A DNA stretch of 64,000 nt, taken from NCBI GenBank assembly GCA_963706025.1, contig CAVPLM010000019.1, forward strand, positions 27,076-91,075. The letters are read 5' to 3'. The notes under the pieces were generated by a model. The model searched no databases. It was not told where the DNA came from and saw nothing but the letters and a program-made list of their open reading frames with translations. Both the position numbers and the translations under genes were made by a program. The stretch comes from an uncultured Actinomycetes bacterium (GTDB lineage: Bacteria; Actinomycetota; Thermoleophilia; RBG-16-64-13). The first letter of the stretch is position 1, and the number at the start of each line of letters is the position of its first letter. Below are positions 43,947 through 53,831 of this stretch, one piece after another.

Positions 43947-44603
43947 CTAGATCAACGTGATGATGTTCTGAACGTAGTTCCTGTAGTTAAAGGTGCACTT
44001 GGGGGCACCCTCGATCCAGTTGGCCGTTTCCCCATATGTGTTGTATTCGGGCGGCAGTATCATGCCGCGGAGGAAAGTGGCTGTGTTCCCCGGCTCCGAA
44101 GTAGAAACGAGGGGGTAGGATCCCTCTTCGTACCACGCGTCTCCCGGGGCACGGTTGTCAGAACACTCCCCTTTTTCAGACTCAATCAAGAGTTGCCCCT
44201 CTCTCATGCAACGGATGCCGGAGCCTGGGTGCGAGTGCAGACCGGTGCTTCCCTCGTGGCGAATGATCGAGTCGAGGCGGAACAAATACTTGGAGGTCGG
44301 TACAAGTTCGAACATCCTGACACGGCGGGACATCCGCAAACGAGAACTGATGTTCTCGCCGATAGCCAGATTGTTGGGCGCGCTTGTTCGCACCAGCTCC
44401 CAGCGCCATACCGTGGCACCTGCCGGTCCGGCCTCGATACGCAGTACATCCCTTGCGTACACAGCCGAATCCTTTTCGAGCAGAGCTCCGTTGACTACCG
44501 CCGAGCCATCGAAGATGTAGACGTTGGAGTGCTGCGCCTCCAAATCTGCAATCGGCTTAGCACCCGGACCATAGGTGTCGTGATAGAGCCTAAGCGAATA
44601 CAT
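43947..44603 (-). CDS. Cupin-fold protein
   Basis: GLHSHPGSGIRCMREG...APGDAWYE cupin-like motif; GGAGG RBS. Confidence 0.6.
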   Translation of the reverse strand: MYSLRLYHDTYGPGAKPIADLEAQHSNVYIFDGSAVVNGALLEKDSAVYARDVLRIEAGPAGATVWRWELVRTSAPNNLAIGENISSRLRMSRRVRMFELVPTSKYLFRLDSIIRHEGSTGLHSHPGSGIRCMREGQLLIESEKGECSDNRAPGDAWYEEGSYPLVSTSEPGNTATFLRGMILPPEYNTYGETANWIEGAPKCTFNYRNYVQNIITLI

Positions 44604-45059
44604 AGGTCACGCCTCCGTCATTGGATTGGTCTTGGACGCCTCATCGATACGAACCCTAGCTGCTGTACGAGAGTGGCGTTACTTCGCCCTGCACAAGTAC
44701 AGAGGAACCACCGGCGCTTCCGACAATCACCCCCTCTCTTGCCCGATCTAGAGGAGGCCCGAGGGCCTCGCAGAGACTTGCTTAATCTGGCCTAACGCTT
44801 GGGCCTGTGATCTAGCACCGAAGCCAAGAACTGGGAACGCGCGTCTGACGATGATGAATTAAAGACTAGCGTATCAGACGCACACGAGATTGTTGTTGGG
44901 AGCCATCAACACCAACTACGCGCCGGATGTCCGTGCACAAGTACTACCTGCTCTCCCCATTGCGCCACCGGGGAGCTGCTGTTGTCGACCGTATCGGTCC
45001 CCACACATGCTCGCTCAATTTGCTCGATGAGGGTGGCCGCTGTCTGGGCACACGCTATC

Positions 45060-45088
45060 TTGACTATTGATACGGGCGCTCCTATTCT
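45060..45088 (+). promoter_or_regulatory. Putative sigma70-type promoter of the solute-binding protein gene
   Basis: TTGACT-17bp-TATTCT, about 80 bp upstream of ATG 45171. Confidence 0.45.
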
Positions 45089-45170
45089 CCAACAAGGGTG
45101 TGCGCCCACGTCCCTGGGCAAATGCCTCGTGTTTCATGGCTTCTGTCTAACGCGAAAGAGAGGAATGCGC

Positions 45171-46607
45171 ATGGAAAGAGGAGACGTAACCCGCCGAGAG
45201 TTCCTGAGAATAGCCGGCATCGCCGGGGCAACGATCGGAATGGGCGCAGGCCTGGGCGGTCTCGTGGCCGCCTGCGGCGAAGAGGAGACGACTACCACTA
45301 CAGCCGCGGCGACTAGCACCACGATGGCAGCTGAAACCACCACCACTGCTGCCGCCAGCACTACAACCGTCAGCGCAGGCGCGGAGACGGGCCGGGAGAT
45401 CAAGATCGGCTATGTCGCCACAACCACTGGTCCACTTGCAGTGTTCGGGGTAGCAGATGAGTACTGTCTCGCGCGAGCGAAGGAGGGCTTTGCCGACGGG
45501 GTCGTGTGCGGAGACGGACAGAAACACCCGGTGTCGATTATTGTCGAGGACAGCCAGTCTGACTCGAACCGGGCAGCTCAGGTCGCCGGCGACCTTATTA
45601 ATAATGCCAAGGTCGATATGATTGGGGCTGGGTCGACGGGCACTAACGCCACGCCGGTCGCCGATCAGTCGGAGGCCTACGGGGTTCCGTGTCTCACCAC
45701 GGATGATCCGTGGCAGAACTACTTGTTCCCGCGGGGCGGCGATTTGAGCACAGTCTACAAGTGGACCTACAACGCCTTCTGGGGCACCGAAGACATCATC
45801 GCCACCTTCATGGACGTTTTTGGCCAGCTGCAGACCAACAAGAAGATCGCGGTGATACTACCCAACGACGCCCTCGGGATCCCGTGGCTCGCAGCGTTCG
45901 AGGAAGCTCTCCCCGCAGCCGGCTGGGATCCATTGTTCGCCGACTTGTACACTCCCGGCCTCGAGGACTACTCGGCTGATATCTCGGCCTTCAAGCAATA
46001 TGGCTGCGAAATTCTCTTTGGCGAGTTCTCCCCGCCGGATTTCACCAACTTCTGGACGCAGTCTCTTCAGCAGGGGTTCAACCCCAAAGTGGCGGCTCCG
46101 ATCGTATCGCTCGCGTTTCCTGAGGACGCGGCCGCTCTCGGAGACAAAGCCAACAACCTGTGTGGCGAGCTCAGCTGGCACCCAAAGGCACCTTTCACCT
46201 CGGCATTTCTGAACGGCGAGAGCTGCCAGCAGTTCGCGGACAAGTTTACCGAGTTCAATGGCAAGCAGTGGAACCAGTCCCTGACGCACTTCCTCATCTT
46301 CGAATGGATGTGGGACGTCCTCAAACGCGCAAAGAGCGTAGACGATAAGAACGCGATCGTCGAGGCAGTGAAGTCCACGAGGATGGATACCATCGCCGGG
46401 CCAATCGACTTCACCGGGGCCATCGAGACGGAGATCAGACCAGGTGTGGGCTTGGTTAGTGCCAACTGCTACAAGACCCCAATGTTCGGCAATCAGTGGC
46501 GCAAGGCCACAAGTGGCCCGTTCCCCTACGAGGCCACTATCATCAGCAACGTGTCAGGGTCGATGGTGCCGGTACAGGATAAGGTCCAGGAGTTGGTCTA
46601 CTCATAG
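45171..46607 (+). CDS. Tat lipoprotein, ABC solute-binding protein (LivJ/PBP1 class)
   Basis: TRREFLR twin-arginine motif, LVAA-C lipobox, Thr linker, IKIGYV..TGPLAVFG, DSQSDSNRA. Confidence 0.88.
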   Translation: MERGDVTRREFLRIAGIAGATIGMGAGLGGLVAACGEEETTTTTAAATSTTMAAETTTTAAASTTTVSAGAETGREIKIGYVATTTGPLAVFGVADEYCLARAKEGFADGVVCGDGQKHPVSIIVEDSQSDSNRAAQVAGDLINNAKVDMIGAGSTGTNATPVADQSEAYGVPCLTTDDPWQNYLFPRGGDLSTVYKWTYNAFWGTEDIIATFMDVFGQLQTNKKIAVILPNDALGIPWLAAFEEALPAAGWDPLFADLYTPGLEDYSADISAFKQYGCEILFGEFSPPDFTNFWTQSLQQGFNPKVAAPIVSLAFPEDAAALGDKANNLCGELSWHPKAPFTSAFLNGESCQQFADKFTEFNGKQWNQSLTHFLIFEWMWDVLKRAKSVDDKNAIVEAVKSTRMDTIAGPIDFTGAIETEIRPGVGLVSANCYKTPMFGNQWRKATSGPFPYEATIISNVSGSMVPVQDKVQELVYS

Positions 46608-46623
46608 GTATGAGACATACGGC

Positions 46624-46663
46624 GGGTAGATGCGGGCTCGCGACCGCGAGCCCGCATCTACCC
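46624..46663 (+). terminator. Long perfect hairpin downstream of the solute-binding protein gene
   Basis: gggtagatgcgggctcgc-gacc-gcgagcccgcatctaccc, 18-bp stem, no U-tract. Confidence 0.6.
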
Positions 46664-46688
46664 CAGCAGGGCTCCAAAAACCGGCCTG

Positions 46689-46955
46689 ATGTCTGAACTC
46701 CGATTTGCAGGATCGTCCCCGCAAGCCCGATCAGTCCGAAGTGCCGGTCAACTTGTGTACCCTGAGGTTTTGTCACGGCTCCTGCCGCTGGACAGCCGAA
46801 CAGCACAAGATCTCCAAGCGTACTACAGTATCGCGTACGGCTTGAACGGCTCGGCCACGGTCATCACGAACGCGCTCGAGCAAGATAGCGCCATATACTG
46901 CAAGGGGGCGTTGCCTCAGTTGAGGCTGGCCGGGACGGGGCGGCCATATCCATGA
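46689..46955 (+). pseudogene. Degenerate fragment of a paralog of the 43947-44603 cupin
   Basis: NGSATVITNALEQDSAIYCK aligns to DGSAVVNGALLEKDSAVYAR. Confidence 0.55.
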
Positions 46956-46980
46956 TCAATAACAAGGAGAGTCGATCACG

Positions 46981-48300
46981 ATGGCGGACCTAAAGACGTG
47001 GTTCGGCGGGCTTTCAATGCGGAACCCAATCGGTATTGCTCCGCTGGATCCAGCGATTGCGTACGCCAGACAACCAAGAGTGCATGCTGATTGGCTGCTG
47101 CGTCACGTGGAGGCCGGCGCTGGCTACCTGTATCTAGGTGGCACGCGGCTTCAGGCATCTGATCCCAAGGAAAGCCAGCCGGCGCAGAAGTTCTTGAAGA
47201 TTCAGTGCCCAGGATTTGCCAAAAGGGAGAGCATTCATGCAACGGGCGACATCACGTCCACGCAATTCTTCCTCGAGAAAGCACTTGAGATCATATCACT
47301 TGTGAAGCCCGAGTTGCCCGAGGATGTCCCTTTGATAGCGCAGCCCAACGTTCCGGGAGCTGATTTGGAGGACTGGGCACGGCTGTGTCAACTACTCGAA
47401 GAAGCCGGGGCAGACGCGCTGGAGCTGAACTTCTGCCCCCTCTCCATGGCGGGGAAGGAGCAAGGCGCAGAGCGCAGTCTCATCGATGAGGTTGACACTC
47501 TCGAGATGAGAACGCTTCGAGATCTTGGTCTCGTTCCGGGCCTGGGTGAGATTGCCGAAGTTCTCCCGATTGTGATTCGAGAATGCGTGCAGGCGGTGAA
47601 CATCCCCATAGGGCTCAAGCCGTCGGCAGAGGTTGGTTTTCCCCGATGCGTGGCCCTTGCGAAGCTGTCCGTGGAGGCTGGTGCAGCCTGGGTGGCAAAC
47701 GTGACCGCAGGCTTGACAGTCGCCCCGCCGGACATATACCGGGGTGGCCGATCTCCCTGGGAGAAGGTTGGTCTTGACATAAATCCCTTCGCCGGAACCT
47801 GTGGGCCGACCAACCGTTATCACTGCCGGAAAACCACGGCCACCATCGCCAAGTTTGTGCCCGAGGTGGACATCATGGCTATCGGTGGGCTGGTGAACCC
47901 GGAGCACGTGGTCGAGATGCTGATGCTCGGTGCCAAGACGGTGGGGCTCTCGTCCGGATTCTTCTGGAAAGGTAGGGCCCTCTTGCGGAACTCGCTTGCA
48001 TTCTTGAGCCGCTTCTTGGATGAGCATGGTTATGAAAGCGTTCAAGACATAGTTGGCCTGGGTCTTCAGTACATTCAGCCGGTGGATGACACCACAGACT
48101 GGAAAGTGGGCCAAATCTCTGCGCGCGTGGATACGGCCAAGTGCAACAACTGCGGGATTTGCTCCGACTCCTTCTGTCCGGTGCCGGTGACGAGGGACGA
48201 CGGGTATCCGTGGATTGATGAAACGAAATGTCAAGCTTGCGGCATGTGCGTGGCAACTTGTCCGTCCGATGCCATCTCAATTGAGAGGATCGCTACGTGA
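46981..48300 (+). CDS. Divergent dihydroorotate/dihydropyrimidine dehydrogenase (PreA-like) flavoprotein with 2x[4Fe-4S]
   Basis: FGGLSMRNPIG, GADALELNFCP, IPIGLKP, IMAIGGL, MLGAKTV; C-terminal CNNCGIC...CQACGMCVATCP. Confidence 0.75.
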   Translation: MADLKTWFGGLSMRNPIGIAPLDPAIAYARQPRVHADWLLRHVEAGAGYLYLGGTRLQASDPKESQPAQKFLKIQCPGFAKRESIHATGDITSTQFFLEKALEIISLVKPELPEDVPLIAQPNVPGADLEDWARLCQLLEEAGADALELNFCPLSMAGKEQGAERSLIDEVDTLEMRTLRDLGLVPGLGEIAEVLPIVIRECVQAVNIPIGLKPSAEVGFPRCVALAKLSVEAGAAWVANVTAGLTVAPPDIYRGGRSPWEKVGLDINPFAGTCGPTNRYHCRKTTATIAKFVPEVDIMAIGGLVNPEHVVEMLMLGAKTVGLSSGFFWKGRALLRNSLAFLSRFLDEHGYESVQDIVGLGLQYIQPVDDTTDWKVGQISARVDTAKCNNCGICSDSFCPVPVTRDDGYPWIDETKCQACGMCVATCPSDAISIERIAT

Positions 48301-48405
48301 GAGGCGGAGACTGCTGACGGAGCGGCAGCAGACAGCCCCGACGGAAGTCCGAAGAGTGCATTGGACTGAAAGCCAGCACCCATAGGAAAGTGTGCAACCT
48401 GAGAC

Positions 48406-49554
48406 ATGGAAAGAAAGCGAACAGAAATGCGGTCCGAGGTACTCCAACCGTCGCTGCGAGTGAGACCCACCATATGGAGTTTCTCTAGAAAACGGCACGA
48501 AGTCGATCAGGACGATGCAACGAACGATATGCTGGATTGCGCTGTGGGCTCTAACGCTCTGGGGACTTCACCGAACGTAGTAGAAGCTGCCAACAACTAC
48601 AGCTGGCGCACCTTGTCAACGTACCCGGACACTAGCTATCGGACCCTGAAGCGACAGATCTGTCAATTCTGGTCTAGGTATGCGCAACTGAGCCCGGAGA
48701 ACATCAAGTTGGCGAATGGCGCGGGGATAGTCCTGTCTCGGCTGAACCAGTTGTTCATCGAACCTGGTGTCAGCGCACTGGGTTACGCGCCTCAGTTCAA
48801 GGACTACATGGAAGACGTGGTGATACTTGGCGGCCGGTTCCAGGGGGTCCCGCTCCAAGCCTCTGAAGGATTCAAGTTTCGCGTAGCAGGGTTCTTGAAC
48901 ACGATCGGCACTGGATTCGCGGTTGTCTATGTCGACAATCCAAATAACCCCACAGGACAGTACATTGGGCTGGACGAGGTGGAGGCGATAGCGTCTGAAT
49001 GTGCCAGACGAGGCACCGTTCTGGTCGTAGATGAGGCCTTCGGTGACTATGTTCCAGAAGACTGTTCAGCAGTCAGCCTTTTGAACAGGTACAGCAATGT
49101 AGTCGTGACGCGAACCTTCAGCAAGGGTATGGGCATAGCTGACTTTCGTGTCGGTTACGGGGTAATGTCTAGCGAGTTGGGACGGTACTATGACCGCGTC
49201 GATCCTCCCTTCCAGATCTCTAGTCTTGCTGCTTTTCTTGCTGGCGAGGCTCTACATGATCACCAGTTTGTTGAGGCGAACAGGGAGAGGATCAGAGCTC
49301 ATAAGGCAAGGCTGACGTCTGGACTTCGCGAAAGAGGCTATAGCGTGGCCGAAACTCACGATACTTGCCCACTTTTTCTGTTGGGGCTAGATGATGAGGA
49401 TATCGACTTACGGGGACAGTTGCTGGCGAAAGGGATACGCACGATTGCGGGTACAGACTTCGAGAACCTGGGGAGTAACTACGTGCGGGTTAACACCCCC
49501 GCCGACGTCGAGGAGTTCTTGGCCCGACTCGATGGTCGAAAAGCGAGTGGATGA
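48406..49554 (+). CDS. HisC-like PLP aminotransferase (class I/II)
   Basis: DNPNNPTG, VDEAF, RTFSKGMGIADFRVGY. Confidence 0.85.
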   Translation: MERKRTEMRSEVLQPSLRVRPTIWSFSRKRHEVDQDDATNDMLDCAVGSNALGTSPNVVEAANNYSWRTLSTYPDTSYRTLKRQICQFWSRYAQLSPENIKLANGAGIVLSRLNQLFIEPGVSALGYAPQFKDYMEDVVILGGRFQGVPLQASEGFKFRVAGFLNTIGTGFAVVYVDNPNNPTGQYIGLDEVEAIASECARRGTVLVVDEAFGDYVPEDCSAVSLLNRYSNVVVTRTFSKGMGIADFRVGYGVMSSELGRYYDRVDPPFQISSLAAFLAGEALHDHQFVEANRERIRAHKARLTSGLRERGYSVAETHDTCPLFLLGLDDEDIDLRGQLLAKGIRTIAGTDFENLGSNYVRVNTPADVEEFLARLDGRKASG

Positions 49555-49685
49555 CCTGAATGATAGAGGGTAATCCATGACCGCCAGCGACCTCCTGGGG
49601 GTCGGGCTACTATTGCCTACCATACTTCGTGAACCGGTGGCAATGAGAATCTGCTGTTCTTGGCCGTGATCTTGAGGATTGGAGC

Positions 49686-51128
49686 GTGAGTAGGATGAGT
49701 CCCCATATGACCCCAGAGGAGTTCCGGCGACAGGGTCACGCCGCCGTTGACTGGCTGGCTGAGTACTTCGTACGGGTCGAGGAACTGCCGGTGGTCTCGA
49801 TGGTGGAACCGGGCGCGATTCGTTCGAAGCTGCCGGGTGAGCCGCCCTTGCAGGGGGAATCCATGGATGCCGTGCTACGCGACCTGGACGAGATCATCCT
49901 TGCTGGGATCACCCACTGGCAGTCGCCCAACTTCTTCGCCTACTTTCCGGGCAACACCTCGGGCCCGGCCATTATAGGTGAGCTTCTCTCGGCTGGGCTC
50001 AACGTGCAGGGTATGCTGTGGGCTACTAGCCCGGCCTGTACGGAACTCGAGACCCACGTGCTGGACTGGCTGGCTGATCTCCTTGCCCTGCCAGGCTCGT
50101 TCCGCTCCAGTGGTCCCGGCGGCGGCGTCATTCAGGATTCGGCCTCTGCAAGCACTCTGTGCGCCGTGGTGGCGGCCCGGGAGAAGGCTACCGAGTATGT
50201 AAGCAACCAGCGCGGCTGCGATGGCACGCTGGTCGCCTACTCCTCCAGCCAGGCTCACTCCTCGGTTGAGAAGGGCATCCGCATCGCCGGTATCGGAAGC
50301 GACCGGCTGCGACAGATCGAGGTGGACGAGAGCTATGCCATGCGACCTGAAGCGCTCGAGGAGGCTGTCCTTGCCGACCGGGCAGCCGGCCTGCGGCCTT
50401 TCATAGTTGTGGCTACGGTTGGGACGACCTCTTCGAATGCCCTCGACCCCCTTCCCGCGATTGGAGAGATCTGCCGCCGGCATGGACTCTGGCTCCACGT
50501 CGATGCCGCCATGAGCGGTACGGCCGCTTTATGCCCCGAGTTTCGCTTCATTCATGAGGGTCTTGAGTTGGTCGACAGCTATGTCTTCGATCCTCACAAG
50601 TGGATGTTCGGCGGCTTGGACTGCAGTTGTTTCTTCGTTGCCGAACGGCGGAGGCTCATCGGGGCTCTTGGGATCCTCCCGGAATACCTGCGCAACGCGG
50701 CCACCGCTTCCGGAGAAGTGATCGACTACAGGGATTGGCAGATACCTCTGGGGCACCGTTTCCGCTCCCTGAAACTCTGGATGATGATTAGACACTACGG
50801 CGCCGAAGGGTTGCGCACGGCCGTCCGCGAGCATGTAGCTCTGGCCCAGGAATTCGCATCCTGGGTGAGGGCCGACCCACGCTTCGAAACGGCGGCTCCG
50901 GCCCCCCTCAATCTCGTATGCTTCCGGCACAAAGGCGGAGACGAGACGAATCAAGCCATCATGGACCGGGTGAACTCCTCAGGGAAGATGTACATCAGCC
51001 ATACCCGGCTGGACGATCGTATGACCCTGAGAATGTGCGTCGCCCAGGAGCACACCGCAAGGCGGCATGTGCTCCGAGCATGGAAGCTGATTCAGGAAGC
51101 GGCTTCAGCGCTTGCACCCGGGACTTAG
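49686..51128 (+). CDS. Aromatic L-amino acid decarboxylase (group II PLP)
   Basis: THWQSPNFFAYFP, TSPACTELE, HVDAA, DPHKW, DYRDWQIPLG.RFRSLKLW. Confidence 0.9.
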   Translation: MSRMSPHMTPEEFRRQGHAAVDWLAEYFVRVEELPVVSMVEPGAIRSKLPGEPPLQGESMDAVLRDLDEIILAGITHWQSPNFFAYFPGNTSGPAIIGELLSAGLNVQGMLWATSPACTELETHVLDWLADLLALPGSFRSSGPGGGVIQDSASASTLCAVVAAREKATEYVSNQRGCDGTLVAYSSSQAHSSVEKGIRIAGIGSDRLRQIEVDESYAMRPEALEEAVLADRAAGLRPFIVVATVGTTSSNALDPLPAIGEICRRHGLWLHVDAAMSGTAALCPEFRFIHEGLELVDSYVFDPHKWMFGGLDCSCFFVAERRRLIGALGILPEYLRNAATASGEVIDYRDWQIPLGHRFRSLKLWMMIRHYGAEGLRTAVREHVALAQEFASWVRADPRFETAAPAPLNLVCFRHKGGDETNQAIMDRVNSSGKMYISHTRLDDRMTLRMCVAQEHTARRHVLRAWKLIQEAASALAPGT

Positions 51129-51293
51129 GCCTGCGACGGGGCCCGTTCCCTGCCTTGATAGCGGGTTGACATGCCGTGATGATTTGCCTGCCGTTTAGCG
51201 CGTTCCCCGAGAGCTGTCCGCATTGGTGATCTCAAGTGCAATAGAGACTGCCCGTGACGAATCGGACACTGACAGGCATGTTCAATTGGGCCG

Positions 51294-51797
51294 TTACTTC
51301 TTGGCGATAGCAGCGGCAACCTCAATCTCTATCCGCATATCGGGCAGGTCAAGCTCGATGCCTTTCAGCAAAACCCCGGCGCGAGGATTTTCCTTTAGGT
51401 CGGGGGCATACCTGGTGAAGAACTCGTCGGTGCTCTCAAGCATGTCCCACTTATCATCCCTATCGACAATAAAGAAGTTGATCCAGTAGATATCCTCGAG
51501 CCTGGCGCCAACTCCTTCCAGTATCTCCTTGATTCTCATCCAGCAGGCGGTGGTCTGCTCCTTAATCCCGCCCACGACGTTGCCGACGCGGTCTCGCTCT
51601 TCCTGCCAGTTCTGGGGCTCTCTGTCTGTCTCCGGGTTCCTCCCGGTCTGCCCGGCCAGCCAGATGATACGGTCCACCTTATCCAGCTTCACGTCGACGC
51701 ACGAGGCCCAGGGCATTTGATGGGTGCCGTGGTAGAAGGGGTAAACCGTGAAGGCAGGATATTCTTTCGCGAGGTCCTTTCTGAACGCTGCGGTCAT
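51294..51797 (-). CDS. RidA/YjgF family protein
   Basis: IWLAGQTG, IKEQT, RIEIEVAA; AAGGAGG RBS before ATG 51797. Confidence 0.85.
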   Translation of the reverse strand: MTAAFRKDLAKEYPAFTVYPFYHGTHQMPWASCVDVKLDKVDRIIWLAGQTGRNPETDREPQNWQEERDRVGNVVGGIKEQTTACWMRIKEILEGVGARLEDIYWINFFIVDRDDKWDMLESTDEFFTRYAPDLKENPRAGVLLKGIELDLPDMRIEIEVAAAIAKK

Positions 51798-52070
51798 GGC
51801 GCTTCCTCCTTTTCGCAAAAGACTTCGGGGCCGGGCTTTCGAGCAAACCATACAGAAGAAGTCGAAGGCCCCCGAGCCGACCATCCTCACGAAGATACTA
51901 CAGCGCGCAGCGCCCGCAGATGGCGCAGCAGATTTCCGCGGCCTGAGGGGTCCGTAAACCCCCGGACACGCGCTTGCGCGACAGCCCCCAATGGAAAACG
52001 CGCATACAGACCTGCTCATCATTAGTAAGTTGATCTGCCCTGCAAATCTGAATCTTCTGTTTGTCAGACA

Positions 52071-52130
52071 AAGCGCATGGTAAGCGAGGGAACGGCGTTC
52101 AGCCCTCAAGCTCTGCTCGCTCACCTTCGG
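52071..52130 (+). repeat. ~60-bp dispersed repeat, copy 2
   Basis: aagcgcatggtaagcgagggaacggcgttcagccctcaagctctgctcgctcaccttcgg. Confidence 0.8.
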
Positions 52131-52235
52131 ACTGATAATCCGATGCTTGGGGAACTCGGCACCGGTTGAGCTCCGCTTGCCTTTCCGCCGCCTTGTGGCC
52201 GCTTGCAGGCAGGATTGACTGAACGGAGCATTCAG

Positions 52236-52583
52236 TGGCTGCGCCCCGGTGTAGGTGAAAGCCTCACTCCGGGCTATCGCCAGTGAGGCGAAATGCTCGT
52301 CTAGTTCCAGGCCGTAGCAGACTCGGCCCGTCCGCTTCGCTGCGATCAGGGTGGAGCCAGAACCGCTGAAGAGGTCCAGCACGACGTCGCCTGAGCTCGA
52401 GGGATTCTCAACAGCTCGCTCCATCAGTTCAAGCAGCTTCATGGTGGGGTGAAGGGGAGAGACGTCCGGACGGGGTGTCTGACAGACGTCTGACTGATCC
52501 CTTCCTCCTCGGAAATGCCGGGTGGCGCCTTCGGGCCAGCCGTACCACACGGGCTCGTACGCGTGCTGGTAGTCGGCCTTCCA
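52236..52583 (-). pseudogene. C-terminal fragment of a phage-type N4/N6 DNA methyltransferase
   Basis: ADYQHAYEPVWYGW...HPTMK...VLDLFSGSGSTLIAA...CYGLELD; the catalytic DPPY-containing N-half is absent. Confidence 0.8.
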
Positions 52584-52634
52584 GGTGGGTGGCTAGTCAA
52601 TGGTCGTAGGAGCACTCGGTCAAGCCCATCCTCC

Positions 52635-53795
52635 TCAGTCCCAGCCGGAGCTTTCGATGCCCCAGGCGCTGATGATGCTCGCACGCACGCCCCTGTGCAG
52701 CCGTCTGAGAGCGACCTCGGCGTAGCAGTCGGCATGGGCGTAGTGGTCGTCCCGACAGCGTCGCACCCAGCGGGCCTTCTTCTGCCCGCTCACCGGGTCT
52801 TCCTCCACTTTTCTTACGATGTTGGTCATCTGCCGTATGAACTCGCGGACCCCATCGTCCAGGCGCGGTATACGGCGATCGCCCTTTTGGTGGACATCCC
52901 GCATGGCGTCAAAGGCATCGGTGCGGTTGATGGTCGCGGTCGGGGTGTTTTCTTTGTCGTATCCCCAGTCCACCAGCCCCTTCTGAGTATCGCCGTAGTA
53001 GGCCAGATAGACTCGGCCGCGGAAACGGCCGGCGAAGGCTCGGGCGGCGTGGGTGTGGGGGAGGGCGTCGATCACGCACACCCGCACGTCGTAGTCCTTC
53101 ATCAGCTGGTCCAAGTGAGTGAAGGTGGCGTCGGTCATCTCCTGGTGTTTGACCCGCAGGGTGAAGACGATGTCGCCATCCGGACGACGTTCCTTGATGA
53201 CGATGTAGAGGCCGTTGCCTTGGTCCACGCCCATGACGCAGCCTTTCCCGCTGGCGCTTTGAGGATAGTCGCCGACCAGCGCGAGGAGATCCGCTTCGCA
53301 TAAACCCCCATCGGCCGAGAGATAGGGGAGACCGAGCTCCGAGTTGAAGAACTCCTGCGGGTAGGCGGTCTCCTGCCACTTGCGCAGAAGTGCGGCCGGT
53401 TTCGTCTGGCACCCCGCCTCGCGCTCAGCCGCCGAAACGACCACGGAGGTGAACTTGCTCAGGTGGTATCCGTGTCTCGAGCGCTCCGGATACTTGGGCA
53501 CCCAGAGACCGTGGGCCGGGTCCAGGGGGCCCCCGCAGGAGGTACACACGAGCGTCTCGGCACCGGGCGGGCCCTTCACAAAGACGATCTCACGCCGGGG
53601 ATCGTCCGAGCGGCCGTGGGTCTGGGTGAACTCATCTTCGAGGCAGCGGTAGGTGGCGCAACGGTCGCACCTGAGCAGCCAGTGGCGCTGGTCGGTGGCC
53701 GCAAAGGCGGCATCGATGCCATAAAGCGGAAAGCTGGGAGTGGAGAGATACAGTTCGTAGCCGAAGCTGGAGTGTCCCAGCCGGGCGCGAGCCCT
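52635..53795 (-). pseudogene. 5'-truncated phage terminase large subunit (GpA-like)
   Basis: The frame stays open upstream of the called ORF: ARLGHS...LSTPSFP..GID...TDQRHWLLRCDRC, then FFNSELGLPY, MGVDQG, VIDALP, DDHYAHA. The Walker A/B region is missing. Confidence 0.75.
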
Positions 53796-53831
53796 TCTGC
53801 AGGACCGCCTGTACCTATAGATCGCCGTGTT

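Noticed and set aside
51800-52060. GC-rich leader of the RidA gene as a possible riboswitch
   Set aside because: Small hairpins only; no match to any aptamer consensus I recognise.
51294-52550. 418-aa ORF suggesting a DNA methylase-RidA fusion
   Set aside because: The middle is non-coding-like and includes the 60-bp repeat. RidA has its own AAGGAGG RBS at ATG 51797, and the methylase part is a fragment.
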